From: an uncultured Acidobacteriaceae bacterium | GTDB lineage: Bacteria; Acidobacteriota; Terriglobia; Bryobacterales; Bryobacteraceae | Direction of reading: 5' to 3' | DNA length: 64,000 nucleotides | NCBI GenBank assembly: GCA_963795905.1 | Contig: CAWCJG010000009.1 | Span: 342,097 to 406,096 of the forward strand | Part shown: positions 56,992 to 64,000 of the stretch, piece by piece | Numbering within the stretch: the first letter of the stretch is position 1 | Layout: the number at the start of each line of letters is the position of its first letter | Program-made: the position numbers and the translations under genes | The notes under the pieces: model-generated | Told to the model about the DNA's origin: nothing | What the model saw: only the letters and a program-made list of their open reading frames with translations | Databases searched by the model: none

Positions 56992-57820
56992 CGCTGTCGA
57001 GCACCTCGCGTATGCAGGTGAAAGACGCCGGAACCGCAAGCACCTTTGCCAGGTTTCGCTTGCACCCGCGAATGCCCCAGTAATGAACGAACTTTTCAAA
57101 CCCACGCAGCGGGAGTCGAGGCTGATCGGGATCGATCTCGCGCGGGTGCAAATACAGCATCGAAGGCTGCCCTTGCGCACTGCGCTGCGCGATGACTCTC
57201 TTTAGAAAAGCTGCCGGGAACAGGCGCAAATACAACGGGATGGTGACATGCAGCAAATCGATTCTCGAGATCGGGAACTCGATTAAACCGGATAGCCCAG
57301 CTTGCGGCGGCCGGTGCGGGACACGTGGGAAATCTGGGATGCCGTAAAGAAAGGTCTGTCCCGGGAAAACCGACGACGAGTATGCAAATCCGAGTTCGCC
57401 CAGCACCTGGTAATACCAGCCCGCGTTCTCTTTGGTGACCGAAAACGAAGGCGCGCGATACCCCAGCACGCGCTCTCCCAGAGCATCTTCGAGCAGATGC
57501 AGCGAACGGCGCGTATCTTCCCGGAATTCATCCGGCGTCAAAGTCTTCAGGCTCTTGTGCCGATAGCTATGCGAAGCGACTTCGTGTCCACGGGCATGGA
57601 TGCGCTTCACCAGCGCAGGATGTTCTTCGGCAACCAATCCAAGCACGAAAAACGTGCTCTTCACGTCAGCCTCGTCGCACAAATCGAGGAACTCGTTCGT
57701 CAACGCCTCAACGTTGCCGCTCATCCCTTCTGGAATGGTCACGCCTTCGTAGTTGACGTGAAACCACTCTTCAATGTCGAACGTGATGAAATTTGGAACG
57801 CTCACTGCCCGGGTTCGCAA
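56984..57820 (-). CDS. polysaccharide deacetylase family protein with DUF3473 C-terminal region (XrtA/PEP-CTERM-locus type)
   Basis: FITFDIEEWFHV...KSTFFVLGLVAEEHPALVKRIHARGHEVASHSYRH...GYRAPSFS...YLHPREID. Confidence 0.8.
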   Translation of the reverse strand: MRTRAVSVPNFITFDIEEWFHVNYEGVTIPEGMSGNVEALTNEFLDLCDEADVKSTFFVLGLVAEEHPALVKRIHARGHEVASHSYRHKSLKTLTPDEFREDTRRSLHLLEDALGERVLGYRAPSFSVTKENAGWYYQVLGELGFAYSSSVFPGQTFLYGIPDFPRVPHRPPQAGLSGLIEFPISRIDLLHVTIPLYLRLFPAAFLKRVIAQRSAQGQPSMLYLHPREIDPDQPRLPLRGFEKFVHYWGIRGCKRNLAKVLAVPASFTCIREVLDSVA

Positions 57821-57859
57821 CCGCCTGAACCTCGATAGTAACGCGAGCAGGATCTGCTC

Positions 57860-58288
57860 TCAGGCGCGTCCGCGCCGCTTGTCGCCGCGATTGCCTTCCG
57901 GCCGCTGAGCGGGTGCGGGGCTGTTGATTTGGATCACCGGCATCAGCGTGTTGGCCGGCTCGTATCCGCGCGGGGCCGTGCGCTTGACGAGTTCCTGATT
58001 CAGCGTCGTCACGAAGCTCTCCATCTGCTTCTGCATCGCTTCCATCTTTTCGCGCATATTCAGAATGATCTCGACGCCCGCCAGATTGACGCCAAGATCG
58101 CGCGTTAGCTTCAGGATTACCTCGAGCCGCTCCAGATCCTCATCCGTGTACAGGCGCGTGTTGCCGTCGCTGCGCGATGGCCGCAGCAACCCTTCTCGTT
58201 CGTACAAACGGAGCGTCTGGGGATGGATCTCGTACCGCTCGGCTACCGCCGAAATCATGTACGCCCCTCTGCTTCGATTCTTGTTCAT
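57860..58288 (-). CDS. hspR: MerR-family heat-shock repressor HspR
   Basis: YMISAVAERYEIHPQTLRLYEREGLLRPSRSDGNTRLYTDEDLERLEVILKLTRDLGVNLAGVEIIL. Located immediately downstream of dnaJ. Confidence 0.85.
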   Translation of the reverse strand: MNKNRSRGAYMISAVAERYEIHPQTLRLYEREGLLRPSRSDGNTRLYTDEDLERLEVILKLTRDLGVNLAGVEIILNMREKMEAMQKQMESFVTTLNQELVKRTAPRGYEPANTLMPVIQINSPAPAQRPEGNRGDKRRGRA

Positions 58289-58303
58289 AGCTCGCTGCCT
58301 CGA

Positions 58304-59509
58304 CTATGCCGGAACCTGCACCTTGCTCCAGATGCCGGCCCGCACATCTTCCTTCTGCACTTGCGCCAGTTCGCGCAGCAATTCGCGTGTACGCTCATCG
58401 CCCACATCTGGCGCTTGCAGCACTACTTCCACAATCTCGTCCCCGCGCGTGTTCTTGCGTGCGTTGAAGACACCCTTCTCGCGCAGACGGAACTTCTGGC
58501 CGTTTTTGGTCCCTTGCGGAATCTTGAGCAACGCCCTGCCATCGACGGTCGGCACTTCGATCTTCGCGCCTAATCCGGCTTCGCTGACGCTCAGCGGTAG
58601 TTGAATCTCGATATTATCTCCCGAACGCTTGAAGAAGGGATGCTCTTCGACCCGTACTGTGATGTATAGATCTCCGGGAGGGCCGCCCGACACGCCCGCG
58701 TTGCCCTTCCCTGCGACTCGCAGACGAGAGCCAGTGGTTGCGCCTGCCGGGATCCGAATATCCACCACGTCCGGCTTGCCGATCACGCCTGCACCCCGGC
58801 AATTCGGGCATGTGTTCTTCAACCGCCCGCTGCCGCCGCAACGCGGACAGGTCAGGTTGAAGCGCATCGCCCCCGCCATCTGCGTCACATTGCCCGTGCC
58901 GTCGCACTCCGGGCAGACCGCCACATTGTTTCCCGACGAACCCGTCCCATGACAGACCTCGCAGGTTTCCTGACGATTGATATTCAGCCGTACCTGGGTA
59001 CCGCGAATCGACTGCCAGAAATCGATGTTGAGCCCATACTCGAGATCGGCGCCTCGCTCCGGCTCAGCCTGTGCGCCGCGTGCCGCGCCACCGCGAAAGA
59101 ACTGGCTGAAGATATCGCGGAAGGATCCGCCGAATCCTTCCGGTCCCGCTCCCGTCCCCGCGCCTGCGCCAGCACCGCCGCTCTGCGCTTGTCTTGCGAA
59201 ATCTGAAAAGTCGAATCCGCCAAAATTCATCCCACCAGCGCCGGCCCCTGCTCCCGGTGCTCCGTTCGGCGGAATGTGATCCGAATAAAACCCGAACTGG
59301 TCGTAGACCTTCCGTTTGCTGTCGTCGCTTAGGATGTCGTACGCTTCCTGAACGTTCTTGAAACGCTCTTCGGCCGCCTTATCGCCAGGGTTCAGATCCG
59401 GATGGTATTTGCGAGCCATCCGCCGGTACGCCTTGCGGATGTCCTCCGAACCTGCCCCTCGCTCCACGCCCAGAATGTCGTAATAGTCTTTTTTCGTTCC
59501 GGCCGGCAT
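58304..59509 (-). CDS. dnaJ: molecular chaperone DnaJ
   Basis: J domain (DYYDILGV...KAYRRMARKYHPDLNP), a G/F-rich region and four CxxCxGxG zinc motifs (CEVCHGTG, CPECDGTG, CPRCGGSG, CPNCRGAG). Confidence 0.95.
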   Translation of the reverse strand: MPAGTKKDYYDILGVERGAGSEDIRKAYRRMARKYHPDLNPGDKAAEERFKNVQEAYDILSDDSKRKVYDQFGFYSDHIPPNGAPGAGAGAGGMNFGGFDFSDFARQAQSGGAGAGAGTGAGPEGFGGSFRDIFSQFFRGGAARGAQAEPERGADLEYGLNIDFWQSIRGTQVRLNINRQETCEVCHGTGSSGNNVAVCPECDGTGNVTQMAGAMRFNLTCPRCGGSGRLKNTCPNCRGAGVIGKPDVVDIRIPAGATTGSRLRVAGKGNAGVSGGPPGDLYITVRVEEHPFFKRSGDNIEIQLPLSVSEAGLGAKIEVPTVDGRALLKIPQGTKNGQKFRLREKGVFNARKNTRGDEIVEVVLQAPDVGDERTRELLRELAQVQKEDVRAGIWSKVQVPA

Positions 59510-59533
59510 GTTTCTACCCTGTTATGTAAAATC

Positions 59534-59561
59534 GGGCGGCGCTGAATACACATCGCCGCCC
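59534..59561 (-). terminator. GC-rich hairpin between dnaK and dnaJ (attenuator/terminator-like)
   Basis: gggcggcg-N12-cgccgccc, followed on the minus strand by GATTTTAC. A second small hairpin aggcc-ttc-ggcct lies at 59602-59614. Confidence 0.45.
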
Positions 59562-59651
59562 AACCTACTTAAAACGCGTCTAGGAGCTAAGCGCAGTGGA
59601 TAGGCCTTCGGCCTGTAATCACAACTTCCACCAGCTCCTGAACGTCCCTAC

Positions 59652-61583
59652 TTACTTCTTATCGTCTACATCGACGAACTCAGCGTCGACCACGTTGTCT
59701 TTCGGCGCTTCGCTCTGACCCGCGCCCGCGGTTCCCGTCCCGGCGCCTGCGCCCGGACCCGGACCAGCCCCGTTCGGAGCCGAGCTCTGCGACTTGTACA
59801 TCGCTTCGGCCAGTTTGTGGCTCGCAGTCGTCAGTTTGTCCGTCGCCGCGCTGATCTGGTCCACGTTGCCGTCGGCCATCGCCTTCTTGACTCCGTCAAT
59901 CGCCTCTTCCACCTGTTTGGCGTCGGCTTCGGATATCTTGTCGCGATGATCCTTGAGCATCTTTTCGACCTGGTACACCAGAGCGTCCGCCCGGTTACGC
60001 GCATCGATCTCGTCTCGCTTCTTCCGATCGTCGGCCGAGTGCGATTCCGCATCGCGCGCCATCTTCTCCACCTCATCCTTGCTGAGGCCCGAAGAAGACG
60101 TGATCGTGATCTTCTGTTCGTTGTTTGTCGCGCGGTCCTTCGCCGTGACATTCAGGATGCCGTTCGCGTCAATGTCGAACGTCACCTCAATTTGCGGCAC
60201 TCCGCGCGGAGCCGGCGGAATCCCAACCAGCTGGAATACTCCCAGCAGCCGGTTGTCCCGCGCCATCGCGCGTTCGCCCTGGTAGACCTTGATTTCCACC
60301 GAGGTCTGGCTATCTGCCGCCGTCGAAAACGTCTCGCTCTTGCGCGTCGGAATCGTGGTGTTGCGCTCAATCAGCTTCGTGAACACTCCACCCAAGGTCT
60401 CGATACCAAGCGACAGCGGAGTCACATCGAGCAGCAGCACGTCCTTGACTTCGCCGCCAAGCACACCGCCCTGCACCGCCGCGCCTACCGCGACCACTTC
60501 GTCCGGGTTAACGCTCTTGTTCGGCTCTTTCCCGAACAGCTCGCGGACGATCTGCTGCACTTTCGGAATACGAGTCGAACCACCGACCAGCACCACTTCG
60601 TCAATCGCCGACGGAGTCACGCCCGCATCCTGCATCGCCTGCTTGCACGGACCCACGCTCCGCTGCAGAATATCGTCAACCATCTGCTCAAAGCGCGCCC
60701 GCGTCAACTTGATCGCAAGGTGCTTTGGCCCGGTTGCGTCCGCCGTCAAGAACGGCAGGTTGATTTCGGTCTCGAGCAGCGTGGATAGCTCAATCTTGGC
60801 CTTCTCCGCGGCTTCCTTCAGGCGCTGCAACGCCATCTGATCCCTGGATACGTCAACGCTCTGTTCTTTCTTGAATTCCTGAATCAGCCAGTCGATAATC
60901 CTCTGGTCGATGTTGTCCCCGCCGAGGTGTGTGTCGCCGTTGGTCGACTTCACTTCCACAACGCCATCGCCCACTTCGAGAATCGAAATGTCGAACGTGC
61001 CGCCGCCGAAGTCATACACCGCGATGGTCTCGTCCTTTTTCTTGTCGAGTCCATAGGCGAGCGCCGCCGCTGTCGGCTCGTTGATGATACGCATCACTTC
61101 GAGCCCGGCGATCTGGCCGGCATCTTTGGTCGCCTGCCGCTGCGCATCGTTGAAGTAGGCCGGCACCGTGATGACCGCCTTGGTCACCTTTTCGCCCAGG
61201 TAGGCTTCCGCCGCTTCCTTCAGCTTCGTCAGAATCATCGCCGAGATCTCGGGCGGCGAATATTTCTTGCCCTGAATCTCCACACGGGCATCCCCGTTAT
61301 CTCCCGGCATCACCTTATAGGGCACCAGCTTCATTTCTTCGCTGACTTCATTGAAGCGCCGGCCCATAAAGCGCTTGATCGAATAGATCGTGTTCTCGGG
61401 ATTCGTGACTGATTGCCGCTTCGCCACCTGTCCCACCAGCCGCTCGCCGTTCTTGGTGAATGCGACTACGGACGGCGTGGTACGCCCGCCCTCCTGGTTG
61501 GGGATTACCGCAGGCTGCCCGCCTTCCATCACCGCCACCACCGAGTTGGTGGTCCCGAGGTCAATTCCGATAATCTTACTCAT
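59652..61583 (-). CDS. dnaK: molecular chaperone DnaK (Hsp70)
   Basis: 643 aa with [28 protein letters not shown] and a C-terminal lid. Uninterrupted. Confidence 0.97.
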   Translation of the reverse strand: MSKIIGIDLGTTNSVVAVMEGGQPAVIPNQEGGRTTPSVVAFTKNGERLVGQVAKRQSVTNPENTIYSIKRFMGRRFNEVSEEMKLVPYKVMPGDNGDARVEIQGKKYSPPEISAMILTKLKEAAEAYLGEKVTKAVITVPAYFNDAQRQATKDAGQIAGLEVMRIINEPTAAALAYGLDKKKDETIAVYDFGGGTFDISILEVGDGVVEVKSTNGDTHLGGDNIDQRIIDWLIQEFKKEQSVDVSRDQMALQRLKEAAEKAKIELSTLLETEINLPFLTADATGPKHLAIKLTRARFEQMVDDILQRSVGPCKQAMQDAGVTPSAIDEVVLVGGSTRIPKVQQIVRELFGKEPNKSVNPDEVVAVGAAVQGGVLGGEVKDVLLLDVTPLSLGIETLGGVFTKLIERNTTIPTRKSETFSTAADSQTSVEIKVYQGERAMARDNRLLGVFQLVGIPPAPRGVPQIEVTFDIDANGILNVTAKDRATNNEQKITITSSSGLSKDEVEKMARDAESHSADDRKKRDEIDARNRADALVYQVEKMLKDHRDKISEADAKQVEEAIDGVKKAMADGNVDQISAATDKLTTASHKLAEAMYKSQSSAPNGAGPGPGAGAGTGTAGAGQSEAPKDNVVDAEFVDVDDKK

Positions 61584-61657
61584 ATGTTGTCTTTCCCTCC
61601 GCCTACCACAACCGCCGTAACAGAACGGGATTGATCAAGCGTCCTTAGCACATCTCC

Positions 61658-61687
61658 AGTATCGAATATGAGTCCGTCATTGTCAAG
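61658..61687 (-). promoter_or_regulatory. dnaK promoter (-35 TTGACA, 17-nt spacer, -10 GATACT) overlapped by a HAIR-like inverted repeat (putative HspR operator)
   Basis: The minus strand reads CTTGACA-ATGACGG-ACTCATA, against the HAIR consensus CTTGAGT-N7-ACTCAAG (5 of 7 matches in each arm). TTGACA at 61686-61681 and GATACT at 61663-61658, about 75 nt upstream of the dnaK ATG. Confidence 0.55.
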
Positions 61688-62385
61688 TCTCCGCCCCGTC
61701 ATTCTTCTTGCCTTGCTCTCTCCCCGCTTTCCCCCAGCAACTCACGGTCGCTGCCGCCGCCGACCTCGCCCCACTCCAGGCAGAGATTCAGCAGAACGAA
61801 CCCAACCTGCGGCTTCGTTTCGTCATTTCCGCGAGCGCCATCCTGGAGCAGCAAATCGAAAACGGCGCGCCTTACGATGTTTTCCTTTCCGCCAATGCCG
61901 CTTACGTCGACCACCTCGCCGCTACCGGAAAAATCGAACCCAAGACGGTGACCGTGTATGCCGTGGGCCAGGTCGGCGTCGTTTGGAAAGACGGCAAATC
62001 TCACCCGCTCAGCGACTTACGCGCAGGCTGGGTTCGTTCCATCGCGCTCCCCAACCCGCGTTTGGCGCCCTATGGGGCGGCGGCGGTGGACGCCCTCAAG
62101 CGAGGTGGGCTCTGGGATTCCGTTTGGAAGAAGGTGGTCTACGGAGAAAATGTCCGGCAGGCTTTGCAGATGTTCGACTCAGGGAACGCGGACGCTGTGC
62201 TGACATCCGCCTCGCTGCTGACCGGCCGGACCGCCGACTTGCTCCCGCCCTCCGTCGAGCAGAAAGCCGGCATTGTCGCCGGAACTCCCCACCAGGGCGC
62301 AGCCGAAGCGTTCCTGAAGGATCTGTCGTCTCCGGCTATGCGGGCTGTCTTCTCCCGCCACGGCTTCAGACCGCCTTCCCCATAA
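61668..62385 (+). CDS. modA: molybdate ABC transporter substrate-binding protein ModA; one frame break in the signal-peptide region
   Basis: The mature part has LTVAAAADLAP...FVISASAILEQQIENGAPYDVFLSAN...LPNPRLAPYGAAA. The signal peptide MSPSLSSLRPVILLALLS is in the frame of ATG 61668. The frame changes within the CT/C-run at 61716-61735. Confidence 0.75.
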
Positions 62386-63457
62386 ACAGGAACACGATCT
62401 CGACCACTAAAATGATCACAACCAGCAGCTCAAGAAAGAACGCCCGGCCCTGGTGAAATTCATTGACCATGGACTCGTACAAATCTCGTGCCGTGGTGAG
62501 CTTCTCGGTCACCAAACTGAGGTAATCAGATACCCCGATGCGCTGTGCCGCCAGTTTGTACATCCGCGCGTCAAACATGTCGCTCAGGAACTTGATCGCG
62601 TTGTCCGTCCGCTCCACCAGTTCCTGGTAATCCAGCCGTACCGTGTTCAACTGATGGGCTTCACCGGCCGACTTCCAGCGCCGCCACGCACTTTGCCTTT
62701 GCTCCAGGTTCTTGTACACCCGCGCCAGCAGGCGTGTCAGCAGTTCGTCGTAATAACGGAATTCCAGCAACTGGCTGTTGGCATATTCGAGCAGCTCGAT
62801 CGTTGGACCCGCGCCTTCTTCCGTGTCGTACACGAAGGCTGCCACCCAGCCGACCACGAGCATGTCATTTTCGTAATAAGAGAGGCTGGCGCGCAGCACT
62901 TCCTCGCGCTCGCTTGCAGACAAACGGGTCAGGTCGCCGCGGACAATCTGGGCGATCCGCTGCCCGCATTCGCCCATCAACTCACTGCCGCCCAAACCAC
63001 GAATCGGTTCAACCTGAATTACACAGTAATCTTCGGAAAGCCAGTCCCGGTTCGGCTTCCGCAGGGCAGCGGCGGTTGAGGTGAGCACATCTTTCAGCAA
63101 CTGCTTTGCACAGGGTTCGAGTTCAGCCGAATTGATCCACTCGTTCGACAGCACGACAAGCGAGTCCCAATCCGCAGAAACGCGCCTGAGCAGTTCCACG
63201 CTAGCGACACCGTAATCGAAATAGCGGACCCGGACGTCCACCGCGGTACCGCCGTCGAGCACCCGCGAACCGAGTGGCTGAGTAACAGGAGGCGCCTCGA
63301 AGCGGACATACTCGGGTGCCGCATGCCGGAACGCAGGCTCCCGCCGCGCCGGTCGCGATCCGACGAGCTCGCGCACGTGCCCGAGATCGATCGACTCGGC
63401 GACATCGAACAGGAACAACCTGCGAACGCTTCCGGTCAGCGGCAGATCCGGCAACAT
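62366..63457 (-). CDS. hypothetical protein with single C-terminal TM helix (possibly DUF155/RMD1-like)
   Basis: 363-aa uninterrupted ORF. It has a globular N-terminal domain, a helical or coiled middle region, and ends in FFLELLVVIILVVEIVFLFMGKAV. The family call is a weak impression only. Confidence 0.5.
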   Translation of the reverse strand: MLPDLPLTGSVRRLFLFDVAESIDLGHVRELVGSRPARREPAFRHAAPEYVRFEAPPVTQPLGSRVLDGGTAVDVRVRYFDYGVASVELLRRVSADWDSLVVLSNEWINSAELEPCAKQLLKDVLTSTAAALRKPNRDWLSEDYCVIQVEPIRGLGGSELMGECGQRIAQIVRGDLTRLSASEREEVLRASLSYYENDMLVVGWVAAFVYDTEEGAGPTIELLEYANSQLLEFRYYDELLTRLLARVYKNLEQRQSAWRRWKSAGEAHQLNTVRLDYQELVERTDNAIKFLSDMFDARMYKLAAQRIGVSDYLSLVTEKLTTARDLYESMVNEFHQGRAFFLELLVVIILVVEIVFLFMGKAV

Positions 63458-63528
63458 ACTCTGAGCCCCACGCTACCACTGACCTATTCCGCGCTCGGGC
63501 GCCCCTACTGCCTCGATATACTCAAAGC

Positions 63529-64000
63529 GTGGCCACCCTGGTTAGCTTGCAGGCCCGCCCCGTTCCGCTCGATCCCGCCCAACTGGCCGCCAAGGAACAG
63601 CGCTTGTTGGAAATGTTGCGTTCGCTCGGCCGCGTGATCGTCGCCTATTCCGGCGGAACAGATTCTGCGTACCTGGCCTGGGCGGCGCACAAGGCGCTGG
63701 GTTCCGGCTCGATCGCTATCACCGCCGATTCGCCCTCCATTCCGGCATCCCACAAGCGCGACGCCGAACGGTTTGCAGTCGAGTGCGGTTTCAAGCACGC
63801 CTACATTGCCACGGAAGAATTCGACAATCCCGATTACGTCAAAAACGACAAAGACCGCTGCTTCCACTGCAAGGATGAACTCTTCTTACGGCTCGAAGGC
63901 TGGGCCACCACGAACGGATACGAGCACATCGTCTATGGCGTGAATCAGGACGATCTCGGCGATTACCGCCCTGGGCAGGGCGCGGCAAAACTCCACAGCG
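63529..64000 (+). CDS. larE: PP-loop ATP pyrophosphatase of the LarE / TIGR00268 family; 3-prime end off the window
   Basis: Own translation from GTG 63529: ...LEMLRSLGRVIVAYSGGTDSAYLAW...AITADSPSIP...FDNPDYVKNDKDRCFHCKDELF...GVNQDDLGDYRPGQGAA. SGGxDS PP-loop plus RCxxCK and DYRPG motifs. Start codon is uncertain. Confidence 0.75.
   Translation, partial: MATLVSLQARPVPLDPAQLAAKEQRLLEMLRSLGRVIVAYSGGTDSAYLAWAAHKALGSGSIAITADSPSIPASHKRDAERFAVECGFKHAYIATEEFDNPDYVKNDKDRCFHCKDELFLRLEGWATTNGYEHIVYGVNQDDLGDYRPGQGAAKLHS

Noticed and set aside
59817-60788. 323-aa plus-strand ORF antisense to dnaK
   Set aside because: It overlaps the unambiguous dnaK coding sequence. The Arg-rich composition marks it as a shadow ORF.
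1-64000. CRISPR arrays, rRNA genes, tRNA genes
   Set aside because: I found no regularly spaced short direct repeats, no rRNA-like conserved stretches, and no 70-90-nt cloverleaf candidates in any intergenic gap. This was a visual scan only. Running tRNAscan-SE, Infernal and a CRISPR finder would be decisive.

Overview
High-GC (about 60% by eye) bacterial chromosomal window. It is best explained as Acidobacteriota: it has a PadR plus ADOP duplicated FtsX-type permease pair, a HAF-repeat exoprotein, and a PEP-CTERM-locus-type deacetylase/FemAB-like pair. I can support about 60 protein genes, one IS1182-family insertion sequence, several terminator-like hairpins, and one sigma70-type promoter with a HAIR-like operator upstream of dnaK. 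I saw no rRNA, tRNA or CRISPR array. Gene order: HAD/LOG/YdcF, rmuC, cytochrome c, PadR-ADOP, NRAMP, der, metK, and a decayed toxin-antitoxin pair. Next comes a secreted glycan-processing cluster (PQQ-like propeller, Tat alpha-galactosidase, FAD oxidoreductase, SGNH esterase). Then two paralogous 7TM sensors (one with PP2C output), pyruvate carboxylase and PGM/PMM. An AT-richer segment follows (epoxide hydrolase, HAF protein, orphan ORF, LytS/LytTR). After it come a sigma-TetR-ABC-HlyD-NodT efflux operon and a translationally coupled YciI-VOC-BNR propeller-MoaD/ThiS operon. The rest is a 1463-aa CheB-CheR-PAS-HisKA_2 kinase with two receivers, VOC-YafY-VOC, an IS next to a SigJ-like sigma gene with a duplicated 3-prime fragment, SDR, FemAB-like/deacetylase, hspR-dnaJ-dnaK, modA and a LarE-like PP-loop gene. 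Technical caveat: about 28 reading-frame breaks sit mostly in three blocks and hit essential genes (der, metK, pyc), so most pseudogene calls here are probably sequence errors. Best candidates for undescribed biology: (1) the BNR-propeller/GG-terminated MoaD-like pair inside the YciI-VOC operon; (2) the LytS/LytTR - orphan 171-aa protein - HAF exoprotein segment; (3) the CheB/CheR mega-kinase module. None can be proven from sequence alone.
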